Origin: Octopus bimaculoides
Taxonomy: Eukaryota
Length of the DNA: 64,000 bases
Direction: 5' to 3'
Assembly (NCBI RefSeq): GCF_001194135.2
Contig: NC_068991.1
Span: 9,471,929 to 9,535,928 of the forward strand
Below, piece by piece: positions 1 to 13,708 of this stretch. The position numbers were made by a program, and so were the translations under genes. The notes under the pieces are model-generated. The model saw only the letters and a list, made by a program, of their open reading frames with translations, made no database searches and was not told the origin of the DNA. Numbering within the stretch: position 1 is the first letter of the stretch; each line of letters starts with the position of its first letter.

Positions 1-62
1 CTGATCCTCAGAGCTCTCATTTTCTCATTCATGAGAAATGAGGACAGCTAAGATTTAATTAA

Positions 63-282
63 CCCTTTAGCAGTTGAACTAGCTATATCTGGCCAAAATG
101 TTCTATCTGCTTTATGTTCAAACTGGCCAGATCCAGTCTTTCATACCCACCCTATAATGTCATTCTAAAAATAAACAGTCGCATCATTGAAATCTCAAAG
201 CTTTGAGATTATGCTTGATTAATTCAAAACAATATGAATAAAAAAGCATTACATTCGACAGAGTAACCTGAATGTTAAGAGG
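63..282. mobile_element. TTAA-flanked MITE family A (piggyBac-like), diverged copy
   Basis: TTAA|CCCTTTAGCA...AATGTTAAGAGG|TTGA; reverse-orientation homologue of 13956-14175. Confidence 0.7.
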
Positions 283-1110
283 TTGATGTTTTTGAGATCC
301 CAAAAGTTTATATTTGAGGCTTCATACTTGATTGCTTTATCCCAGCTTGGTTCTGATCCATCTCATCTTTTTGTGTATCAGAAATTGCTTTATCCATTGT
401 GTTCCTTGTGTGTGATTTGAGGGAGATTTTCCTGCTATTTCTTGCAACTCAAGCAACTGTGTAACGGTGCACTTGCCCAGTTTAGCCTACTTGGTTTGTA
501 TCGCCATAAGATATTCTGCCACAATGATTGATAGAAATGTTATCTATCTGTCAACACTTGCTTGTATTTTGTAATGCTGTAAAGACCAGACACAGCTTCA
601 TGGAATACAAGCCAGATCAGATATTTGGAGAGATATAGTATTTTCTAGATCCATGCTAGCAATGAGAATTGATTAAAACCATTGACAGGCTAGCTTTCTT
701 TTATTCATAATTTTGTCTTTTTGTTTGTTTCTCTGGTTTGTTACATTTTTCAGCATTCCTAGTGGCAGGATTATCATTTTAAAAGAAATTTGAATTATTT
801 TCTCAAACAATTTTGATAAATAGTTTCTCATCTAATTATTAGACAATATGTTTTAATTATATATTTGTAATTTTATCATTAAAATTAGCTCATTCACATT
901 TTCAGCTGTTTACTTCTATTTTGAAAGTTGCATTCTTGAAATATTTATGTAGTTCAATAATTAGGTTTTAAAACGCATATTAGCTTCTGGATTTTCTCCA
1001 GAAAATTAAAGGATTTATTTTTTTTCCTTTGCCATTAGTATGGGGTATCATTGCTTTTCTCATTGCAACTTTTTGACCATGATATTAGAGTAGTAAATAT
1101 TTTTCTCTAA

Positions 1111-1270
1111 TGAGGTGTGGCTGTGTGGTTAAGGAGCTTAATTCCTAATCATGTGGTTCCAGTTTCAATCCCACTGTGTGGCACTTTGATCAAGTGTCTT
1201 CTACTATAGCTCCAGGCTGACTAAAACCTTGTGAGTGGATTTGCTTGACAGAAATTGGAAAAAGCCCATT
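1111..1270 (+). mobile_element. tRNA-derived SINE family 1, 5' part
   Basis: Similar to the head of 48437-48843 (GTGGCTGTGTGG...TTCAATCCCACTGTGTGGCAC...AAGTGTCTTCTACTATAGC). Confidence 0.8.
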
Positions 1271-1289
1271 GAAACCAAAGATGGTAATT

Positions 1290-1660
1290 TTTCTTCTAGC
1301 ACAGGTGTCAAATGCTTGAATGACCAACTCCAAGCTTCTGTGCTAGTTCTTTGACAGTTAGGATGAGATTTTGTTCCACCAAGGTTTGCAGGATGTCCTC
1401 GCCGAGCTCTTCAGATCTTCCAGTATGAGGCTCATCTTCTAGGCTGTAGTTTCCAGCTAGGAATTTTTGGAGCCACCGTTGACACTGGTTTATGCATCTT
1501 GAAGGCCAGAAGTTACTTCAGTCCTATCAGTTGCTAATCCTCTACAAAGTCCAAATGTAACAGGTTCTCAATATTTTCTATTTGTTGTGATTGCTTGAAT
1601 GTTAAAAAAAAACCCAAAAATCACTTGTTGGCTATGGCTGTTAGTTTCCATCTCAGAATT
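1290..1660 (-). mobile_element. Decayed mariner transposase, N-terminal HTH region
   Basis: Minus-strand translation QRWLQKFLAGNYSLEDEPHTGRSEELGEDILQTLVEQNLILTVKELAQKLGVGHSSI*HL matches the mariner W..KF..G..SLED.PRSGRP HTH motif; stops present. Confidence 0.85.
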
Positions 1661-2341
1661 TAGCAGTATTTGTAAAAGAAATAAAAATAGAAAAGGATGT
1701 TAGACTTTGATCAGCCTGAGACTATAGTTGAAGTCACTTGCCTATGGTGGTATGCAGTGGGACTGAATTTGAAAGCCTGTGGTTGGGGGGCAAACTTTTT
1801 ACTACACAGCAATGCCTGCACTTATATATATATATATATATATATTTATTCACACTTAGAATTTTATTTAATTCATAACTCCTTATTCTTCTTGTTTGAT
1901 ACTTTTACTGTTATGGGTATATTTTTATCTATTCTTAAAACATGCAGTATAGATTTATTATATTATTTACATATTCTGCCAACATTTGGCAGAATAATCT
2001 GAATGTTAAAGGGTTAATTTAATTGGCTTTTAAGCTAACTAATTTATCGTATATTAATGGTGTATTCTTTAAAACAGGTCTTAGTTCCATGACCTGCACT
2101 TGTAATCCTAAACCTGAGACTGATATCCACTCTAGGTAAGCAAAACTGTGTCCATTTTGCTTTTTTTCTTCTTTTTCTGCATTCTACGACCATATTTTAA
2201 GTTAGTTTCGGTTATGATTCTCATGCCTGTTTCTGTTTTACAGACATGCAAACATGAGTCTCTCTGAATGTCTAACAAATTACTTGTGGTGTATTCATGA
2301 AACTGTCTATAATAATCACGACAGTCATTAATTGCTAACAG

Positions 2342-2344
<3 letters not shown>

Positions 2345-2386
<42 letters not shown>
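2345..2386. repeat. (CA)n microsatellite
   Basis: Direct reading. Confidence 0.95.
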
Positions 2387-2389
<3 letters not shown>

Positions 2390-3794
2390 TTATAATTTAA
2401 TTTATTCCTTTCCCTTCTGTTGCTCTTGTAAAATTCTGATTTTTATCTTTTACTCTATCAATCTTGTACTTTCTTGATGTGAGTTTACTACTTGCAAAGT
2501 TCCAAGATTTACCGAGGTTTCTTAATTTATTTCTTTTAACGTTCCAGTTTAGAAAGCGACTCCTTAGTTAAGTAAATCTTTACATTATTACTTGAATGTA
2601 CAGATATATCAGTTTGGCTTGGAAAGCAGCTAATGGGAAGAACTCAGCAGAAAGCAATAGAGATTACTAGAGGAAGGATAATTATATTGGTGAGTTGGCT
2701 GAGCACCTGATAGGATTTCTCAAGATTAGCAAAAATAGATGGTTTTCCTCACCATGAAGCAAACCCCCCAAACTAGATAAATTGGATAAAGAATTTTAAA
2801 ATGTTAGCTGTTAATAGCATTTTTGATAGGTTTGTCTAGAACTTTGTTGATACCCTGCTATGATATGATATTAGACCAATATCGACTTCTTCCATTCTTT
2901 TGTCATAATTCTTACAAACTGCAAGGTAGAGCTAAATCATACAAAATATTTGCAAATAGAAAATTGTTTCTATCATCTCCACAGTGGGAAGTAGCAGCCA
3001 TTCATTCATTTGGCATATATCACACTCTTAAGAATATGTTGATATTATCCAACATTCGGTTGCATATCCGTCATGACTAACCAACACTTGTAGAGTTTAT
3101 ATGTGATGTCATCTGTCATCTCCAAGTATTCCTCTTTGTATAATCAAGCAGAATGTTTTGTGTATTCAGTGACATCTGATGTGATTGTAATATAGTCTGA
3201 ATTAATCTTGTAACTTTTATATCTTATTTTAGTTGTTGTCTGTCTCACAATTTTTGTTTTAGATGAGTTTTGGAGGAAGTTCTTGTTTAATAGACAAGCA
3301 GTGTCCATAACCCTTTTGTTGGGTCCACATGATTGGTGTGGAGGAGACAAAGATATGAATTTATTCTTAGACCAAAAACTGATCTGAATTTTTGTGATAG
3401 TAAACTTCACTGAAGGCACCCCAAGATGTTAAACAAGGTGATGAATTCAGTCTATGACCTATTTGAGTCAATACATTCTGTTAACACTAGAACTGACAAT
3501 ATATTGTGTGATATTGATTTGTTATACCAGGAAAGTTGTCATAGTTTTTAATTTAGCTGTATATTTTAGTTATGTGTCATTCTATAAAACTTATATATTA
3601 TTTTCATCTATTTTGAGGTATTTTGTAGCTTTTACGTTTCAAAAAGAGAAGTGATAAGACTTAGTGATAATGATGTGAATTTTCTGTAGTCCTCTTTTGA
3701 TTTCTAAGATATAAACATTTTTCTTGTCAAATTCCATTTGGATGATATATGTATATATTGTTACTAGGTCAGGTTGTTTCTTGGTTCCAGTAAT

Positions 3795-3797
<3 letters not shown>

Positions 3798-3846
<49 letters not shown>

Positions 3847-3856
3847 CAGTAATGTT

Positions 3857-3891
<35 letters not shown>

Positions 3892-4186
3892 GTACATTGA
3901 GTTTCAGATCCTATGTAGGGAAGGTTCTCTATGTCGGATCTGGAACTCGCAGTGGATCGTGAAACTGCATTCTGATCTGCATGTATACATATAATTTCAT
4001 ATACATGTATATTTTAATGGATGTGTATGTTGATTTGTTGATATGCATATATATATGTGTTGAAATGTCCGTATATGCATTGGTATACATGTGAGCATTT
4101 GTATACAGTATAAACATGGCTATGCTAATTTTGACCCTCACTTGTTCTTGTTTTTAAAATACTTTGATTCAAATGAATCCTACAAA

Positions 4187-4231
<45 letters not shown>
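3798..4231. repeat. Cluster of (TA)n, (CA)n and TA/TG-rich simple repeats
   Basis: (TA)n about 3798-3843, (CA)n about 3860-3888, (TA)n about 4189-4231. Confidence 0.9.
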
Positions 4232-4237
<6 letters not shown>

Positions 4238-5439
4238 CAAATTTTCCTTGCTGTTGTTGAGGATTGGGGCATATACCTACAGGACTTCACTCAGCATAAC
4301 AAATGGGCTGTTTCCTAGAATATTCCTTGAGGGGCTTTTAGTGTTTGGATAATTATTGTGCATACAATGGATTTTTCTAGGTTAAGATTTCTTCCTTTCA
4401 TTGGCTGCAAAATTTATAACAGCAGTCAGTGAATGAGAAACCGAAAATGAAAAATGTCTTTTTAATAGTCCAATATTATCTAATCTAGCCTTAGAAAGTA
4501 CCACTTTCTTGAGCAGCTGTTCTAAACAGCTCAACATTTTTATCTCTGCTGCTGCTTTCCTGTTAGTAAATATCTTGTTGGCCTCATAACTAGTCTAGGT
4601 ATAGCTTGTACATGACTTGGCATGTAATAGGTCTGTGTGTTTGTGTGGTGAATGTTTTCACATTTTAGTATTAGTTGGAGCAAACTAGCTCAGTATATTT
4701 GATGCTGCTACTTGTATGTGATTTAAACATTAGATCTGTGATATATAATGTGAATGTCCTACATCAATGTACCTTATGTAGCATCTTCAGTCCTCTCAAA
4801 CTGTATAGTAATTTAGGCCTCCCGGTGTCAGTTATTTATTCTTTGGATATGTTCTTGGTTGACAGTAGTTTCCAGAATTATTTGTAAATTGACCAAGTTA
4901 ATATTACTAAGATTTCAAACAGGAGAATAAATGTTATGCTTTGAAAAAGAAAAAAAAAAAAAATCTAATGTTACTGGCAGAAGCAATTCATTTGAGGGAG
5001 ATGAAATGTCTAATGTATTACTGTTGGCTTTTTTAAAACTCTCTCTGAAAGGTTCTATCTGAAATATTTGACTTCCGTTCTATTCTTCTCATGTAATTTA
5101 TTCTTGTGTTTTTGAACTCTTTCTGTTACTATTTGTATCTTGAGCTTCTATTATTTTGCTTCTTTTTTATCACTAAATGTTTGGAAGTAATATAGGTAGG
5201 TCATGTTGAAACTAAATATTCTTTTAATTAAGATTTGAATATTTATATAGTAATGACACAGCTAAATCACTACCTGAAGGGTCAATATTTTGTAGCTGGT
5301 CATCTTGCCACTGAACTGCTTATAACTAAGACACTTAATTCTTGATGACTCAGTCTACCTATGTGTGGAGGAAGCAGTGCAGCCCATTACTGCAGGCAGT
5401 AGGAATATTGTATAATTGAATAACCTTTTAGCTTAGAAT

Positions 5440-5815
5440 CATTGTCATTGAATGTTTATGGGACAGACAGAATCTGTTGAGGCAGATTCTCTATGGCTAG
5501 ATGTCCTTTCTCTTGTCAACTCTTTGCCTGTTTCCAAGCAAAGTAATATTTCTCTTTGGCGAGACATGTTTTTTATGAAAGACTAGAAGCAAACATTGCT
5601 TGTATGATGGTAACACTTGTTTATAACTATCATATGATGTCTAGACAAGGAGACCTGCTCAAGCACGTGGCAGGTTTCTTTTCAGTTTCCATCTACCAAA
5701 TACACTCACAAAGCTTTGGTTGGTCAAGGGCTGTAGTAGAAGACATTTGTCCACAGTGAACCTGAAACCATGGTGTTGTGAAACAAGGTTCTTAACCACA
5801 CAGCCACATCTGAGC
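5440..5815 (-). mobile_element. SINE family 1 variant with alternative tail
   Basis: Reverse family-1 head (TTCTTAACCACACAGCCAC); body similar to 26440-26828. Confidence 0.7.
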
Positions 5816-6087
5816 CTGAAACCATGTTATTGTGGATCTGGGGCCTTTGTAAGGTCTTGAAAGACCTTGGATCTGTATCTGGAAAGTTCTTCTTGAAGGC
5901 ATTCTTTTATATGTGTTTCAGTCATTTGACTGTGGTCATAATGGAGCACTGCGTTGAAGGGTTTTTTTTTTTTTATGGAAGACTAGTAGTGCTTGAAGAT
6001 TTTCACAAGGCTGGTAAGGTTCTGAATGTTACTGCTGCACTCTTTCATCTGTATACTAACATCTTCCTGCCTCTGTTTCATCTACCC

Positions 6088-6450
6088 AGGTACAGACATG
6101 GTTGTGTGGTTAAGAAATTTGGTTTGCAACTACGTTGTCTTGGGTTCAATCCTACTGTATGGCACTATGAACAAGTGTCTTTTGTGGCCCTGGGTCAACC
6201 AATATCTTGTGAATGAATTTACTTGATGGAAACTGTGAAAGCCTGTTTGTGTTGTATGGACATTTGTATCTCACTGCTTGACAACTGATATTGGTTTGTT
6301 TGTATGTTTGGAAAGTAGCTGTTTGGCAAAAAGAGATTGATAGAATAAGTACCAGATTTATAAGTGCTGGGGTTACTTTGATCCACTAAAATCCTTGAAG
6401 GACGTCCTCCAACAGTGCTGATGCCTAATCTTTGAACTAGTAAGAGAGTA
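6088..6450 (+). mobile_element. SINE family 1, diverged full-length copy
   Basis: Colinear with 48437-48843 from head to GATAGAATAAGTACC and tail. Confidence 0.75.
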
Positions 6451-7227
6451 TATCTTGATAAGGAATGCTATGGTTTCAATATTTTATTTTGTCCCTAATT
6501 GTCGCAGTGGGATCCAACATATGCCAGCATAGAAAAACACATGTAAGATGAGGACAACGAAATGATACAGATCACAAGAGTTTTATTTATACCACATGTA
6601 GTTTGACATCATGTCTTTCATTTGTCCTCCAAGCCAACTTGTGTGGGGATGAGTCTGCCTGGTATGAACTAACAGGATTGTACTTGTCTCATTATTGGAA
6701 AGCAATTGGATTTTATTTTTTTTTAATCTAATTCTAATGTGGATTTAAACAGTAGGAACCATCTAAGATATTTGAATAGTTGCCCTCATAAAGTGAAACT
6801 CATTATTTTGTAGAATACATGGCTGTTGCTTTGTCCCAGATCAATGCCGAGAGAGCAAACATATGGTTCAAGCCATTCTGATTATGATTAGTCTTTTTAG
6901 GAGCATCTAGAATGACATCAATATTTTTTTTTTGAAACTGTGATTCGTGGGAGATTTTGCTGCTATGTCTAGCATGTATAGTTGATCCTTTGAGTGATTT
7001 ATAACATTGTTAAAGTCTGAAATAGATTTGTAGGTATTAGAGGTTTATATAATGAAACTAGAAGACAAACTAGTTACTTATGAAGTCCTTTGTGATATTT
7101 GTTCTACATCACACTACAGATGTAGAACACTCCCTTGTCACTCCTGTTATTAGAAATGCAGGGAACTAGTAATGGTTCTGTTGGGAACTTGTAACCAACA
7201 ACACTATATATATATATATATATATCA

Positions 7228-7470
7228 TGTGTGCGAAGGCCTAGTGGTTAGGGTATTGCACTCAATCACTAGATCATAAGTTTCAATTTCCAGCTTAGTT
7301 GGGGCATTGTGTTCTTGAGCAAAGTACTTCATTTCACATTGCTCCACTCCACTCAGTGATAAATGAGTAAGCCTGAGATGGAATGTTGGCCTGCCTGTCT
7401 AGCCAGCAGGTGGCATCATTTGAATGAATGCTACAAGGAAGCACATTGCAACCAGTAGTGTATAATATCT
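7228..7470 (+). mobile_element. tRNA-derived SINE family 3
   Basis: A-box-like AGTGGTTAGGG; central CTTGAGCAAAGTACTTCATTTCAC shared with 21180-21430, 34968-35110 and 61590-61790. Confidence 0.7.
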
Positions 7471-9184
7471 GATAGTGATTTACATATAAATATAAAACAT
7501 TAATAATGAAGACATTTAAATTCTGCCACCACTGATGGTTGTAGAATTTGCTTGCTTCAACTCACTCTGCAGTTTCAATGTCTGTAATTCTTGTGAATCC
7601 TCACTCTACAGTTTCAGTGTCTGTGAATCTTGCATAAGCGAACTCGGTCATTGACCTATCAATCATCAGCACCCAGTTGCAGAACAATTCCCTCTTTTTG
7701 TACCTAATATTTGTTTTCTTGTCTATTTTGCAGTCTTACCTACACAACTGTCAGATCATGCTCACTTCATAGTTCACTTGAAATGGTTTCACTACCCATT
7801 AGCTATTATGTTTGTGGTTTAAGTGTCATGTCTCCTTTATCAGAGAATGTGGCGCTCTCCTAAATTTTAAATATTAACAATTCTTGTCATTTCACTTATG
7901 ATTAATGTTCTTGCCCTTATTGATCAGGTCACCTACCCTGTGTCAGCAGTCACACCTATCTTTAGCCTTTGGCACAAGGTGGCTTGTGGTTTGGGAAGTT
8001 TTAAGACTGTCATTTTAGCTTCAGTCTGTATACTTTTATACTCTCAGTAATTGTATATTTAATAAGGATATAAAATTTCTATCACCAACTTTTTTTTAAA
8101 AATCTTCTATCTATGGTCTAAGCCTTCATCTTGTTTCTAGGATATATAACTTTTAAGGTTTTCTATTTTGTTAATAGAATAAAGCAGCTACTGTTGTTGC
8201 TACAAGTTAAAATGATTTAAAGCAAACTGATTGTGCAGGTCATTGTTTCTACTTCAAGTTTTTAAAAATTCGACAAAAAATTTTCTTTTTTGGTAACGGT
8301 TGGATGAATCTACATTCTATGCAACTCAGTCTTCTGTTATTTTTATCTCTGAGGGCCCCAAAGTGCTCAGGATTGAGTAAACTACTTTTCACTCGTATAG
8401 GAAGATGGTACATTCAAATAAGAACTGATATAGAATAGAGGGTAGTTTCTACTCCTGCATGGATGGGACTGCCTCTCTACTGCTGGTAGTATTATAAAAT
8501 GTTTCACTGTAAAGTATTTGGTGATAGGAAGAAACCTAGTCACAGAAGTGATGCCAATAAAATGGACTATTTAAGCAAGATGTGTATTCCACAAGGCTTA
8601 TCACAGACTAGAAGAAAGAATAAGTGAAAAAATATAAGCCATAGGCTTGGGGCTGAGAATTAAAACCTGTTGGACATTGGTTGCATATCCTTCTATACTA
8701 CTGCTGCTGAATATTTTTTTAGTACAGGAAAGATATATAAACTTACATATATACACATAAAACAGTTTATATTTCACTATTTCTTAAAATTACTCTTGTT
8801 GTTTAAAAAAAACTTATTAAATAAGATTAACAATTCAAAAATATTAAAATGGTCATTTAAACTCCTTGAATTATACAGCTTATTGTCTCAAGATTTTATT
8901 TTTAAACACTCTACTAGTCTTCATTCCAGGGCAGTGGTCTTAGCTGAAGTGTTTACTGCTGATACTGGTGACATTAGCTACTTTACTTGAGAGTAATTAC
9001 ATGAACAATAATGAAAATATTTAGCTTGAACTTGTTTCTACTTAGCGTTTACCTCATTGAGATGTCAGCTGAGTGTGTTTATGTAACTTGTTTTAATTTA
9101 GCTAATGAGTAGAGATTTCAGTTAGAAATATTTTAGAAATAATCTACCACCTGTTAGGACCTTAATCACTAATTCCTTTCTGCT

Positions 9185-9390
9185 ATAGGCACAGGGCCTG
9201 AAATTTTGGTGGAGGGGGGCTAGTCTGTTACACTGATCCCTGTTCTTGACTGGTGTTTATTTTTGCGCCCCTGAAGAGATGAAAGGTGGCAAATTCAACC
9301 TCTACGGAATTTGAACTCAGAACATAGACAGACAAAATGCTTTACAGGATTTTGTCCTACTTGCTAATAATTCTTCCAGCTTGCCGCTTT
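9185..9390 (-). mobile_element. SINE family 2, diverged
   Basis: Reverse match to 32797-33010 (GGAATTTGAACTCAGAAC). Confidence 0.7.
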
Positions 9391-11749
9391 AATCACTAAT
9401 TAATCAAAAAATATAAATAGGTGGTTTTGGAGAAAAATGATAGGCAAAATTTAGCAGTTTGATATATTTTACTTACGAAAATTGAGCTTCATACATTTCT
9501 GTTTCACTTCACATCTTTCACCAATACTCCTCACAAAAGTATAAATATCACAACTTCTTTCCTTCTTCAGATATAGTCTCGATCAAACCATAATCAGGGC
9601 AGTTTTACTGATAAAATCAAATTTGCTTGCATTATATAGTTACAAGGGTTTCATTAACAGCGCTTTCCTCTCATTTTTCTTGGAGTTGATCATGAAAGAT
9701 AAATCTCCCTCTGGGTAGAAAAACTCTGTTGTCATGTTGCCAGGGAGATACATATTTTGGAAGAATCTGATGTTTTTTCCTGACAACTAGATAATACTAT
9801 GTGAACATTTAATTCAGTTTATCATTAATTACCAAGAACACAAATTGTGATGAATTTGAACTTGTGATTTGTCAATCGAATACCTTTTCCTTTTAGCTTG
9901 TTGCCTCCTTGGACAAAACAGTTCATTTAATGGAGTTGCTGCTAATTATTCTAAGTGTGTTCTATATTAAGTTGAGAAATGGTATAACCTTGTCAGCATC
10001 ACTATTTCATACTTGCATGCATCATACGGAATTTATCAAGATAGATTTTCTATTGTTAGATGCTCTTATTGCCAAGTAAGTGAAAAATTTCCTCATGGTT
10101 GGACAGGTTTTAACAATGGATTAGAAACAAGACATTGCTTATGTGACAGGTGGTATTTATTCACATGTCTCACATGTCAGGGGACACAAACACAAATGCA
10201 TACCTACATGATAGGCTTCTTTCATCTCTGGTCAGCCTTAGGCTTTTGTAGGAAACACTTGCTCAAATGTCACTGTACACCATGTGGGCAAATGTCTTTT
10301 ACTATAGAGCCAACCAAAGCTGAAAGCACTTGAAACCACATGACCAGGAGAGAAACCTCTTAAATATTTTTATATCAGATCTCCAGTTGTATATGTTTGT
10401 TTTTACTTCTTCTGGTGAGGTGCAATGTGTGAGATGAAAATTCTAGTTTGATGGGTCAGGAGGTTCCTGTAGCTATTGTATCATTCCTTAGTTTACTTGC
10501 TCACAAGTTTCTTTTCTGTTTTCCCGTTTCATAGATGATTTGTATCACAAAAGGTATGCTACTATAGCATCAGTTTCTCTGTGACATTAGTCTTTACACC
10601 TTTCCCATTGGTTGGAAAACACTATATAATTATGTCGTACCTCTTGTGTATTGTTTATGAAACTAAATACACTATGATCTGATTTAACTACTTCATATTA
10701 AGTCTAATTGGCTTAACTTTCACTTCTTTTATGCTCTGTAATCTACATCAACATAACATTTATTGTTTCTGAATATATTGTTGTTTCCTTTATGGATTTA
10801 ACTTTTGCTTTCTTTTCAATAGAATATTTATTTATTGATTAGATTTGGGAATACCTTATATATGATTTTGACATTTTTTATAAATGGTTTTAACATTTTT
10901 TTTTTATATATAATTTTAACCTTTGTTTTTTTTTCATTGTACTGAATCTATCCAAATGATGACTTCATTGATCAGAAGTCTGAATTTGTTTTTTGTTTAT
11001 TTGTTCTTTTCTCATTCTCATGCAAACAAATTCATCACTTTAAGCCTTATGTAGCAGGTTTAATCACTACTTGGTGTAAGACTACTACCTTGTAGTCTAG
11101 TCCCGAAGGCTTGTAACAAAGTGGACTCTGCTAAAAGCACCTTGGTATATGAACATCATTTTCCCACTCGTCTGAGAGTGCCCTACAAAGGGTCATGTAC
11201 ACTAGCCTTCCTCCTTTGACTAAGCTGTAAATAAATTACAAAAGGGGCTTTTTGTGTGGATGTTTACATTGCTGAAAATAACCAAACCTTCTCGAGAAAA
11301 AAAAATATGGTTGTAGCTGAAACACTTTGATCATAGACCTGCTCAACTATAACTGGCCTTGGGTTAAACAAACAATGCATATATATTCATTTGAGGAAGT
11401 ATAAATAATTTAATGTGGTTTTTTCCCTATTAACTATTTTGTAAACACTAAACATAATCACAAAGTAAACCAAGCCTCATTCTAAATGTCACTTTACACA
11501 CCTAGTTTAGCCAAGAATGTTGCGATAGGCCAATTTGAATACATTTGCTCTTTCCTATTTTAGGCAGTGACTAAATGGAAGTTCCATATGAAATGGTGGA
11601 AGTAAAAAACTTCAATTTCACCCTCCTTCGGTTTATTCATCATGAAAGTACACCCATAATCTCCCAGAGTAACAATGATTATCTGAATGCACTGACCATG
11701 GGTTCCATTCTGTTTACATTCCTATGAAATTTCTTGTGATATTTCATAG

Positions 11750-12000
11750 GAAAAGTTTGCTGTTAATCTCCTACCATAGTTAAGAATCTTGTTTCCCAAC
11801 TATTTGGTCTTGAGTACAGTCTCGCTGCTTGGCACTTTGGGCAAGTGTCTTCTACCTTAGCCCTGAGTCGACCAAAACCTGGTAGTGGATTTGGTAGGTG
11901 GAAACCGAAAGGATTTCATGTATGCAATTTTTTTGACTGAACTCTTTCAAAGCAGTGCTCCAGCATGGCTGCAGTCCAGAGACTGAAACGTGTAAAAGGT
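11750..12000 (+). mobile_element. SINE family 1, internally deleted
   Basis: GGCACTTTGGGCAAGTGTCTTCTAC and tail GCTCCAGCATGGCTGCAGTC. Confidence 0.7.
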
Positions 12001-12574
12001 TAGTGACATTGCTGATAGCTGGCCCTTTAGATTTTCTTTTATCACATTCCTAGCTAATAAATCTTAATTCCTTCCAGGCTCATAATTCCTTCAACGTCTT
12101 TGAGAATAAAAAGGAACTGAATTCTGTTGCATAGATAACTGTTTCCTGTAATTGAACCTAAGCAAAGGATTTCAATGGTCATGGTAGCAATAGCCGTGAT
12201 GCAAGATATGAAAACAAGACTCCTGCAGTTCTGTGATAAAAATCTGCTTTGCCATTTCTAATAAACTTCAGAGAGCTAACCAATTTATTGGTTACTTACC
12301 AGTCAATTGCATTTTAGTACCAAATTTTTATCCTAACTAAAACAGAATGGAGTTGGTCAAAAAGTGATAAATACTATCTCTGGAGAGGAATATGCAACCC
12401 TATTTGCACCATTAAATGTTGGTAAATTCATACCATAAAGTTGAGTGTAAAAAAGACCATATCTAGGTCGAAGTATGGCAGATAATGGCAGCCAGAAGGG
12501 AATACTGAAGTTTATGTAAAGTCAGCTTCTATTAGGCACTTTCAAATATTTACAGGTTGGAAAAATAATGTAGA

Positions 12575-12822
12575 AGACAAGTGCTGGTGCTGTCGCCACA
12601 TTAAAAAGCGCTGAGGCTGGCACCGCATTAAAAAGCACTGGGGCTGGTTAAAAGCACTCAGTACACTCTATAAAGTGGCTGGCATTAGGAAGGGTGTCTA
12701 GCTGTAGAAATCAAGTAAAAACAAGCTGTGAAACCTATGATGTACCTTCTGGGCTTGCCAGCTCCTCTCAATCTGACCAACCCATGCCAGCAAGAAAAAC
12801 GGATGTTGAATGATGATGAGGA
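12575..12822 (+). mobile_element. RTE LINE 3' UTR fragment, diverged
   Basis: GGCATTAGGAAGGG...CAACCCATGCCAGCA...TGATGATGA, homologous to the tail of 49409-49960. Confidence 0.75.
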
Positions 12823-13356
12823 TTATTACAGTTTACTATTTCTACTAGACAGTTGGTCTCTTGCAAGTTAGTCATTTTCTGTAGCAGAAGCAGTTGCAGC
12901 ATGTTTGGTAGAAAAATAGTGGTTGAATTATTTGGTAGTTACTGTAATCTAATCTTAGAAACCATGGGCAAATGTATGGTGAAGGGAATAATTATACATA
13001 GAAAAATGGAGTGTGCAACTTGGTATTGTTCCTTGTTGAGAAATATAGAAAGTTTTGAATTGCATGGTTAGAAGTGTCTGAAAAGTGTTTTTGGTTACAG
13101 AGTTTGTTATGGAGTCAGTACTTGAATAAATTAAAATGGAGACGAATAATGCTTCATTTTGAAGAATATTCAGTGAGATTCTGAAATCTTCTGTATGGGT
13201 TTACATTAATTATTAAACAGAATGTGCAAAAATGTATTAAAAGCTACAAGTAAAAATATTTGATAATGCAAATGTATAAGGATCTAAAGTTACTATAAGA
13301 TAGTTTGGATTTGACCTGATGCCACTGCTGCTGGTTTAAAATTTGACCCCATAGGT

Positions 13357-13708
13357 GTAGGAGTGGCTGTATGGTAAGTAGCTTGCTTACCAACCACATG
13401 GTTCCGGGTTCAGTCCCATTGTGTGGCACCTTGGGCAAGTATCTTCTACTGTAGCCTCGGGCCGACCAAAGCCTTGTGAGTTGATTTGGTATGTGTGTGT
13501 GTGTCTGTGTCTGTGTTTGTCCCCCCCGACATCGCTTGACAACCGATGCTGGTGTGTTTATGTCCCCGTAACTTAGCAGTTCAGCAAAAAGAGACCAATA
13601 GAATAAGTACTAGGCTTACAAAGAATAAGTCCTGGGGTTGATTTGCTCGACTAAAAGGTGGTGCTCCAGCATGGCTGCAGTCAAATGACTGAAACAAGTA
13701 AAAGAGTA
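13357..13708 (+). mobile_element. SINE family 1, young full-length copy
   Basis: A-box-like TGGCTGTATGG, B-box-like GGTTCAGTCCC, AAAAGAGT tail; nearly identical to 48437-48843 apart from a central deletion. Confidence 0.9.

Noticed and set aside
7561-7632. Approximately 39-bp imperfect tandem duplication
   Set aside because: Two diverged units only; ordinary slippage product, not a CRISPR-like array
10957-10994. AUGAUGA...CUGA with short terminal complementarity (C/D snoRNA-like)
   Set aside because: Only about 30 nt between the boxes; too short, with no C'/D' boxes or guide
11719-11752. 12-bp AT-rich hairpin TTCCTATGAAAT/ATTTCATAGGAA
   Set aside because: Short and AT-rich; expected by chance
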